Positions 1 to 8,512 of a stretch of 64,000 nt of DNA are shown here, one piece after another (positions within the stretch are counted from its first letter, which is position 1; every line of letters begins with the position of its first letter). The stretch comes from Octopus vulgaris (Eukaryota): positions 9,001 to 73,000 of the forward strand of contig CATOCA020000020.1 in the NCBI GenBank assembly GCA_951406725.2, written 5' to 3'. The position numbers and the translations under genes were made by a program. The notes below the pieces were generated by a model. It was not told the DNA's origin. It ran no database searches and saw only the letters and a program-made list of their open reading frames with translations.

Positions 1-216
1 CGCAGTACCACCACCGCCCGCTCCCGGCCGACACGGAGATAGAAATATCTCGTATCCGCCGAAAAGGGCTGCGAGTTCCTGCGGGTCGGAGAGCCTGGTT
101 TCACTGATGGCTGCTATATCCACATCATGAAACCTCAGGTCGTTTAACAGGTGACCCTGTTTCCAAGGTGACCCGAGGCCTCTCACATTCAAGCAACCGA
201 TTCTAAGATTTGCCAT
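1..216 (-). CDS. ORF2 N-terminus (APE endonuclease), continues beyond window start
   Basis: ATG at 216 (plus 'cat' 214-216) begins MANLRIGCLNVRGL as in the intact copies. Confidence 0.9.
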   Translation of the reverse strand, partial: MANLRIGCLNVRGLGSPWKQGHLLNDLRFHDVDIAAISETRLSDPQELAALFGGYEIFLSPCRPGAGGGGTA

Positions 217-255
217 GTCTCAAGAATTAGGGAAAAAAAAAGGAGAAAAAAGGCT

Positions 256-2135
256 CTACTTACTGTTGTTGGTGGTGGGGGTGGCTCCCTTGTGCTTTTG
301 CACGGGTGCTTCAATAATATTTTTGTAAAGTTTCTGAGAGAAACTTTTCCCTAACGATCCCACATCGTTAGGGAATATTTGTTTTATTTCATTGTACACT
401 GTTTTGTTTATTTTTATTGTGAGAATGTGTGCTGGTGGTGTGTTGTGTGTAGGTATTATGAAATCTGTAATGTTTGTGCTTGTTTTGTTTTTCAAATACT
501 CAACCAGTTCCTGGTTTCTTGTATTCACTGCTGTAATCGTGTCTGTAATTGTGTCTGTGTTTGTTTGTGTCTGTGGTAGTGGCAGTAGTGGTGTCGAAAG
601 TGTTGTTGTTGTTGTTTGTTGTTGTGAGTGTGTGTTGTTGTTGATGTTGTTGTTGATGTTGGGAAGTACTATTTGTTCGTGCTTCCCCTGTAAAACTTTT
701 TGTTTTTTCCTCCTTTTCTTTTTTGGAGGTACTATATTCCATTCTCCTTTGTTGGAATCCGAGCTCGCACAATCCGAGATCTCTTCATCCGGCAAAGGAA
801 TGGTTGAGGGGTCTGCTTCAGTAGCAGGACGAAAAGTTTTAGGTTCCGCCGGTATCGGTGGTGCCGCTGCTCCTGTTACTGTTGATGTCGCTGCTGTCGA
901 CCTTCGAGGTACTGGTGTCGGTGTTGGTTTGGTGGTGGTTGTCGGTGTTGGTTTGGTGGTGGTTGTTGTTGTTGGAGGTGGTGTTGTTCGTCTTGGTGCT
1001 GGTGTTGGTGATGGTGTTGGTGGTGTGGCAGCCTTTGGTTTTTCTTGCTGTTTTTGTTGTTTCTGTTGTTGTTGCTTGTGTTGTTGTTGTTGTTGTTGTT
1101 GTTGCTGCTGCCTCTTGCTATACTCCTCCATTCTCTTTTTTTGAATGGGGCAGTCCCTTTTTAGGTGGCTTTCGCTACTGCAGAGGAAACATTTTGGCTT
1201 TCGCCCCTCTACAATAACATTTAGCCTGGTCCCATCCAGCAAGATGACAAAGTCAGGTATGGCATTGATGTTTTCCTGCTGGATCTGTACCAGCAGTTGA
1301 ATACCCATGCCTGACCAGTTCTTTTCTCGTACCCTCCGAACATTCAGAATAGTGGCAGTGTCCTCTATGCCATAGAGGACAGCCGCCACTAGCCATGAGA
1401 TTTTCTGTTCGGGGGTATTGTGCTTATGGTTATTTTTTGTACCTTACGCCCGAGGTACGTCGGGACGAGGAACAAATGTTCATTTTGCAAGGGCGAAATG
1501 GCGTTTGCCCTTGCAAGCTCCTCTGTTGGGAAGCGAACCTCCACGGTTCCAAATCGCTTCCCTCTTGTCACATAGCTCTTCTGGCCCCAAATGGGCTTCA
1601 GAGCCATCTCCAACTGTTGTGGTGTGGCGTTAAACAATCTTTTAGTTTTCTTTTCGAAGACTTTATAAAAGATTGTTCTTTTGCTTGTTTCTTGTGTGAG
1701 TTGTTGAGGTGTGTTGAGGAAAACACTGTTCCCCTCCTTTCTCAACAAATCTTGTGCCATTTTTATGTCCTCCATTGTAATTTCTACATCTTCCGAAATT
1801 TGCTTCGCAGCAGAAGCAAAATCGTTAGAAGCTTTTACAGTTTTTTGTTGGTTCTTGTCTGTGTTTGTGTCTGTTATAATTTTCTTTACCTCCCCCTTCG
1901 GTACAGCATCACTTGTTGAAGGCAGAGGGGGAAATCAAGAGTGACGTCGAACGCGACGTCCTGGCATGCATTCTCCTTTTGAACCGAGCGCGTGCTCTCC
2001 GGTTCGGAAGGAGGAGCTTTGTTGCCTTTTACGGCCTGAAATGGGTTGTACGTAACCCGTGACGTTATTTTTTTTGTTCTTGTAGGGGGGTGTTGCAAGA
2101 AGGAGGGAAGAGCCAGCAGCTCGTTTTAGTGCCAT
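256..2135 (-). CDS. ORF1 gag-like nucleic-acid-binding protein (~625 aa consensus), split by homopolymer frameshifts
   Basis: ATG MALKRAAG at 2135, TAG at 256-258. CCHC knuckle CFLCSSESHLKRDC, polyQ, P/T-rich linker and basic motif WNIVPPKKKRRKK. Fragments 1886-2098, 1389-1775 and 256-1389 join when compared with other copies. Confidence 0.85.
327..375 (-). other. Two adjacent perfect hairpins near the ORF1 3' end (recur in every unit)
   Basis: AAAGTTTCT-gag-AGAAACTTT (327-347) and TTCCCTAACGAT-cccac-ATCGTTAGGGAA (347-375). Confidence 0.8.
917..964 (-). repeat. 24-bp tandem duplication in ORF1 (TTTTKPTP x2)
   Basis: gtcggtgttggtttggtggtggtt at 917-940 and 941-964. Confidence 0.85.
1045..1110 (-). 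repeat. (CAA/CAG)n polyglutamine microsatellite in ORF1
   Basis: (ttg)n/(ctg)n on the plus strand; length differs between units (Q10 here, Q12 unit 5, Q13 unit 8). Confidence 0.9.
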
Positions 2136-2354
2136 TTTGTAATGTGTGTGTGCAAAAAATGTCAATTTCAAAAGGATAGACAGTAATTTCACCCCGAATG
2201 GGGCAAAATTTCGCCCAACCGACGAGCTCCGCAAGAAGCCGGTCGGTTTGGCTACAAAAATATTAAAAAATATTCAAGCTTATTAAAAAATTTCCAATAA
2301 AATTGGCACAAAACTCACAGAGCTGATTCACGTACGTCCATCGGCGTCGGAAGG
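2136..2354 (-). promoter_or_regulatory. 5'UTR, probable internal promoter, with two stem-loops
   Basis: 219 nt between the junction and the ORF1 ATG; hairpins at 2185-2210 and 2213-2252. Promoter function is inferred from LINE biology only. Confidence 0.55.
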
Positions 2355-2369
2355 AATAATAATAATAAT
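2355..2369 (-). repeat. (ATT)5 tail/junction tract (also 8219-8233, 14089-14103, 19957-19971, 25823-25837, 31694-31708, 43429-43443; (ATT)6 at 37563-37580 and 49307-49324)
   Basis: Lies directly between the 3' end of one unit and the first base of the next. Confidence 0.92.
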
Positions 2370-2378
2370 CAATTCTTT

Positions 2379-2384
2379 TTTATT
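2379..2384 (-). terminator. Polyadenylation signal AATAAA at the element 3' end (each unit)
   Basis: Plus 'tttatt', 9 nt before the (ATT)n tract, at the end of the ~280-nt 3'UTR. Confidence 0.7.
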
Positions 2385-2648
2385 GGCCACAAGGGCTGAC
2401 ACGCATGATTACATAAAGGGACAAGACAGGACGAAAGGTTACAAAGGGTTTTGTCCGTTTGTTAAAAAATCGTGTAAAAATCTTTAAACAATGATTATAA
2501 AAAACAATGAAAAACTCCCAAAAGGGGGAGACGTCTCGAAATGTTCCCGGTGGAAAAAACCCTACAAAAGCCAACGGGAGCCTGGTCAAAAAAAGGGGGT
2601 GTAGAGAGTCCCCTTTCTTCTCCTTTTACATTACCTTTTTCTTTGAAA

Positions 2649-5600
2649 TCACAGGCGAAACCTGAGAACTGGTCCATTTATACAGGCCAGTCTCGCACAA
2701 TTCACCCACCTTTCATAAAACTTGCTATCGGACAGCACTTTCCTCTCTAACCTCATCTTCCTTTTCAAGTGAAACTTGAAAAAGTTGATGAGGCCTTGAC
2801 CAAAGAGGAAAGTGTCTGACTTTAGCCCTTTCAAACGAGTCCACCACACGACTTCTTTCGCCACAGCCACAAGGCACAAGAAAACGGCCTCGCCCTCCTT
2901 GTTAAAGGAGGTCGGCGGGGCAATCTTCACTATGGATTCGGCCGATAGTCGGATCCGTCCTACACGTGACAGTAGCTGTTCGACATAAACCCATATTTCA
3001 GCAATACTCGGGCACTGGACGAGTGCGTGCAGAACGGTTTCGTCGTCCTGGCAACACCTCGGGCAGGCCCGGCTGACGGCACTTCCGTGCCGGTAGAGTT
3101 TATCTCGAACAGGCAGAGCCCCTCGGTAGCACTGCCAGGCGAGAGACCTCTGGAAATTATCCATCGGCCCCGGCCCGAAAGTCCTCCCGAACAGACCGCT
3201 CAGTTCGTCGTCTTCAACGCCTAGAGTTTCCCCGAGAACGTCGTCGCATTTTTCCTCCACTAACCCTCTATAGAACGCTAGAGTGGAGCTGTAACCGACC
3301 GCATTGCCCGCCTGGTGGAGGGCGGAGAGGGCTTGACGGCACTCGAGGTGCCAAGCGCCCTTTCTCGGTCTACGTTTGATCCAGGTCTGCAGCTCCGTCA
3401 AAGAGACGAGCTGCGGAAAATCGCGTCTGACAAAAGACGACCACACCTGTTCACCGTCTAGGAAGCGCTTGAGATGCCGCAGCCTGAGCGCATGTCTGCG
3501 CAACAGCAACCACGGCATTCCAAGGCCTCCGTTCAGCGGTCGTTGACAGCAGATGGATCGCCTGACCAGTGGCACCTGACCCTTCCACAAAAAGTCGAAG
3601 AGCAGACGTACCAGCTTGGCCAACCAGCGGTCGGGACAAGGGACGACGGTCAAGCGGTAATAGATGACGGATGCGATGTACGCATTCGCCACCTCCGCTC
3701 GACCTTTCAGGGACAGCTTCCTCTCGGCCCTGGGTGAGACGTGCCACCCTGCTCGTCACCTCTTCCCAGTTCTTATCCACCTGGAGGTCCGGACCGAACC
3801 AGACCCCGAGCAGTTTAACGGGTCCGTCTGTCCAGCGCCCTACGACGCTGTTGGACGGCATGGGCTTGCCTCTCCAGGTGCCCAGTTGCAAGCCCACAGA
3901 CTTTTCCGCGTTAATCTTTGCCCCTGTCACCGCTTCGTACTGGTTTAGCGTCTCGCCAATCAGGCCAATGTGCCTGTGGCTCGACACCACCACGGTGACG
4001 TCGTCGGCATAAGCAGACACGCTGTTTCCGCCTCCTAGATCGCGCGGGATGCCCCTCAAAGCCTCCAACTTGCGCAGTAATGGCTCGAGAGTCAAAATGT
4101 ACAAGAGGGAGGAGAGAGGGCATCCTTGGCGGACCGAACGCGAGATGTCGAACGGTTCCGAAAGGTGACCGTTCACCCGTATCACCGAGCAGATGTTGCT
4201 GTATAAAGCAGCGATCCACCCGCGGAAGACTGGACCGAAGCCGGCTGCCTTGAGGACAGCTGCCAGGTACCGATGGTCGACCCTATCGAAGGCTTTACTC
4301 TGATCCAAGTTGATCAAAGCCCCACCCGCGCCAGCGTCGTTACCCACCCTCTCTATGATGTAGCGCATGAGATGGAGGTTGTCGTGTATCGACCTGGTCG
4401 GCACGGCGCATGTCTGCGTCCCGCCGACCAGCTTGTCCACGACAAGCGCCAATCTCTTGGCTAGCACCTTGGCCAAAATCTTCAACTCTGCATTGAGCAG
4501 AGTGATGGGCCGGAAATTCCCTATAACGTCCCCCTTGTTTGGGTCCTTCTTTAGCAAAGCCACCACCCCTCGACAGACAAAAGCAGGAATTCTCCCGTTT
4601 TGCTGCCAGTTGCAGTAGACGTTTGCCAACAGGTCCGCAAACAAGTCTGGCATTGAAAAGTAAAGCTCGTAGGGCAGACCATCCAAACCCGGCGATCTAC
4701 CTCTCGTGCAACTCTTCATCGCTTCCTGTACTTCCCAGGCAGATATCGGTCCTTCGCAGCACTCTGCCTCGCTGTCCGAGAGTTGCGGCAGTCCGTCCAG
4801 GTACACACCGAAGTCTGTACCGTTGGTGTCCGTTCCACCGCTCGTCCCAAACAGTTGAGCAAAGTGCCGCTGAAGCACCGTACACATCTGCTTCGGTTGG
4901 GTAACCTCGCGCCCGTTCTGGTCCACCAAAGACCGAATGGTTGCTCTGTTGCCTCGCTTCGCCTCCGCCACGCGGGCCCATCGAGCGGCTCTAGTCCCCT
5001 CCCCGCTTAGCGAACGTGCCTTAGCTCTGACAACGCAGCCTTCGTGTTTGGCGTCGAAGTGTTGGTCGAGGGCCAACCTTGCCGCCAACACGTCGGTCGC
5101 GATGCCAGTGTCAAGAGCCTCGTCTAGTTTCTTAACTAAATCCCGCTCTCTCTTCCTACGTTCAATAGCTAGAGTCTTACTATACCTAATCGACTCTACT
5201 CTAATTGCTCTCTTGAGGGCAAACCACCAGTTGTTGTTGATGATTGCCCCCGTGAGCGCCCGCTTAACTAGTAAACTAATCCGGTCTCTGTAAGCTTTGC
5301 ACGCCGTTAACGACGCGTTCAGCTTCCAGTAGCCGGGTCCCTGTCTATGTAGCCTATCTAAGTCGACCGTACAGATCACTAATTTGTGGTCCGTATATTC
5401 GACTAGGTGGAATTGTGGACACCCTACGCTGTCCTTATCCGCTGGCCTACAAAACACTCTATCTAAGTACGATCTAGACGACCCGATGCGGTTTGTCCAA
5501 GTCCACATTGGCACATTCGGGTTGTCTAGTCGAAACCTGTCGGACAGCTGAAAGCGGCCGAGTAGGTTGGCGAGGCTCTTGCACCCTCCCCCTCTCCTAA

Positions 5601-6078
5601 CAGACGCTCCCCTGCCCACCCGATCGAAACGTTCGTCTAAGACAGCGTTCCAATCCCCAACTAGTACTAGAGTGCGTGACGTTCCCAGGAAAACTTCCAG
5701 ACGTTTGAAATAATCCGACTGCCCTGCTCCTGTCGGAGCGTAGGCAGCCAGCAGTCTGAAAGCACCGCCGTCACTACCGTCGACGTCGAGGACCACCAAC
5801 TTACCTTCCGGATCCAAGAAGACTGTCCTTATTTTCAGGTCCAGGCCCTTCCGAAACAACACCGCAGTACCACCACCGCCCGCTCCCGGCCGACACGGAG
5901 ATAGAAATATCTCGTATCCGCCGAAAAGGGCTGCGAGTTCCTGCGGGTCGGAGAGCCTGGTTTCACTGATGGCTGCTACATCCACATCATGAAACCTCAG
6001 GTCGTTTAACAGGTGACCCTGTTTCCAAGGTGACCCGAGGCCTCTCACATTCAAGCAACCGATTCTAAGATTTGCCAT
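2649..6078 (-). pseudogene. ORF2 (APE-RT), frameshifted by a 5-bp deletion near 3730
   Basis: ctctcggccc|tgggtg here versus ctctcggcccatttctgggtg in intact copies; ORFs 3451-6078 and 2649-3692. Confidence 0.85.
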
Positions 6079-6116
6079 GTCTCAAAAGTAGGGGGAAAAA
6101 AAGGAGAAAAAAGGCT

Positions 6117-6931
6117 CTACTTACTGTTGTTGGTGGTGGGGGTGGCTCCCTTGTGCTTTTGCACGGGTGCTTCAATAATATTTTTGTAAAGTTTCTGAGA
6201 GAAACTTTTCCCTAACGATCCCACATCGTTAGGGAATATTTGTTTTATTTCATTGTACTGTTTTGTTTATTTTTATTGTGAGAATGTGTGCTGGTGGTGT
6301 GTTTGTGTAGGTATGATGAAATCTGTAATGTTTGTGCTTGTTTTGTTTTTCAAATACTCAACCAGTTCCTGGTTTCTTGTATTCACTGCTGTAATCGTGT
6401 CTGTAATTGTGTCTGTGTTTGTTTGTGTCTGTGGTAGTGGCAGTAGTGGTGTCGAAAGTGTTGTTGTTGTTGTTTGTTGTTGTGAGTGTGTGTTGTTGTT
6501 GATGTTGTTGTTGATGTTGGGAAGTACTATTTGTTCGTGCTTCCCCTGTAAATCTTTTTGTTTTTTCCTCCTTTTCTTTTTGGAGGTACTATATTCCATT
6601 CTCCTTTGTTGGAATCCGAGCTCGCACAATCCGAGATCTCTTCATCCGGCAAAGGAATGGTTGAGGGGTCTGCTTCAGTAGCAGGACGAAAAGTTTTGGT
6701 TCCACCGGTATCGGTGGTGCCGCTGCTCCTGTTACTGTTGATGTCGCTGCTGTCGACCTTCGAGGTACTGGTGTCGGTGTTGGTTTGGTGGTGGTTGTCG
6801 GTGTTGGTTTGGTGGTGGTTGTTGTTGTTGGAGGTGGTGTTGTTCGTCTTGGTGCTGGTGTTGGTGATGGTGTTGGTGGTGTGGCAGCCTTTGGTTTTTC
6901 TTGCTGTTTTTGTTGTTTCTGTTGTTGTTGC

Positions 6932-6969
<38 letters not shown>

Positions 6970-7999
6970 GCTGCTGCCTCTTGCTATACTCCTCCATTCT
7001 CTTTTTTTGAATGGGGCAGTCCCTTTTTAGGTGGCTTTCGCTACTGCAGAGGAAACATTTTGGCTTTCGCCCCTCTACAATAACATTTAGCCTGGTCCCA
7101 TCCAGCAAGATGACGAAAGTCAGGGTATGGCATTGATGTTTTCCTGCTGGATCTGTACCAGCAGTTGAATACCCATGCCTGACCAGTTCTTTTTCGTACC
7201 CTCCGAACATTCAGAATAGTGGCAGTGTCCTCTATGCCATAGAGGACAGCCGCCACTAGCCATGAGATTTTCTGTTCAGGGGGGTATTGTGCTTATGTTA
7301 TTTTTTGTACCTTACGCCCGAGGTACGTCGGGACGAGGAACAAATGTTCATTTTGCAAGGGCGAAATGGCGTTCGCCCTTGCAAGCTCCTCTGTTGGGAA
7401 GCGAACCTCCACGGTTCCAAATCGCTTCCCTCTTGTTACATAGCTCTTCTGGCCCCAAATGGGCTTCAGAGCCATCTCCAACTGTTGTGGTGTGGCGTTA
7501 AACAATCTTTTAGTTTTCTTTTCGAAGACTTTATAAAAGATTGTTCTTTTGCTTTCAATTCTTGTGTGAGTTGTTGAGGTGTGTTGAGGAAAACACTGTT
7601 CCCCTCCTTTCTCAACAAATCTTGTGCCTTTTTATGTCCTCCATTGTAATTTCTACATCTTCCGAAATTTGCTTCGCAGCAGAAGCAAAATCGTTAGAAG
7701 TTTTACAGTTTTTTGTTGGTTCTTGTCTGTGTTTGTGTCTGTTATAATTTTCTTTACCTCCCCTTCGGTACAGCATCACTTGTTGAAGGCAGAGGGGGAA
7801 ATCAAGAGTGACGTCGAACGCGACGTCCTGGCATGCATTCTCCTTTTGAACCGAGCGCGTGCTCTCCGGTTCGGAAGGAGGAGCTTTGTTGCCTTTTACG
7901 GCCTGAAATGGGTTGTACGTAACCCGTGACGTTATTTTTTGTTCTTGTAGGGGGGTGTTGCAAGAAGGAGGAAGAGCCAGCAGCTCGTTTCAGTGCCAT
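6117..7999 (-). pseudogene. ORF1 copy with many small indels
   Basis: Homologous to 256-2135; several frameshifts, possibly consensus errors. Confidence 0.75.
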
Positions 8000-8512
8000 T
8001 TTGTAATGTGTGTGTGCAAAAAATGTCAATTTCAAAAGGATAGACAGTAATTTCACCCCGAATGGGGCAAAACTTCGCCCAACCGACGAGCTCCGCAAGA
8101 AGCCGGTCGGTTTGGCTACAAAAATATTAAAAAATATTCAAACCTATTAAAAGATTTCCAATGAAATTGGTGTCAAATTCACGGAGCTGATTCACGTACG
8201 TCCATCGGCGTCGGAAGGAATAATAATAATAATCAATTCTTTTTTATTGGCCACAAGGGCTGACACGCATGATTACATAAAGGGACAAGACAGGACGAAA
8301 GGTTACAAAGGGTTTTGCCGTTTTTTAAAACATCGAGTAAAAATCTTTATAACAACTTATAAAATTCAACAATGAAAAACTCCCAAAAGGGGGAGACGTC
8401 TCGAAATGTTCCTGGTGGAAAAAACCCTACAAAAGCCAACGGGAGCCTGGTCAAAAAAGGGGGTGTAGAGAGTCCCCTTTCTTCTCCTTTTACATTACCT
8501 TTTTCTTTGAAA

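Larger units (their letters stand above)
1..2354 (-). mobile_element. Tx1-like LINE, unit 0 (5' part: 5'UTR, ORF1, start of ORF2; runs off the window)
   Basis: Matches the corresponding part of the other units; 5' end CCTTCCGACG at 2354. Confidence 0.93.
2355..8218 (-). mobile_element. Tx1-like LINE unit 1 (5864 bp)
   Basis: Full 5'UTR-ORF1-ORF2-3'UTR-(ATT)5 layout. Confidence 0.95.

Noticed and set aside
227-232. TTAGGG hexamers (227, 368, 57771) as telomeric repeats
   Set aside because: Isolated single copies with no tandem tract, so there is no direct evidence for a telomeric location.
217-258. Stop-codon read-through fusion of ORF1 and ORF2 (39-nt spacer is in frame in several units)
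   Set aside because: A second in-frame TGA lies two codons before the ORF2 ATG, and spacer length varies from 38 to 42 nt.
379-1217. Plus-strand ORFs rich in Val/Cys/Leu (e.g. 392-1144 and equivalents in each unit) that look like membrane or Cys-rich proteins
   Set aside because: They are antisense shadows of the (CAA)/(ACA)-rich ORF1, whose G/T-rich complement lacks stops. Their lengths change with each indel.
2136-2234. Upstream extension MRSSSVGRNF... of ORF1
   Set aside because: It starts at a non-ATG codon inside the 5'UTR hairpins; the first ATG is MALKR at 2135.
2300-2450. Canonical hammerhead or HDV ribozyme, tRNA, snRNA or rRNA target fragment at the junction
   Set aside because: No CUGANGA/GAAA core, HDV nested pseudoknot or recognisable RNA-gene sequence could be fitted by eye. 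A covariance search is still needed.
3027-5293. Short recurrent ORFs overlapping ORF2 on either strand (60-160 aa)
   Set aside because: They recur only because the units are near-identical, show no recognisable motifs, and are expected in GC-rich coding DNA.
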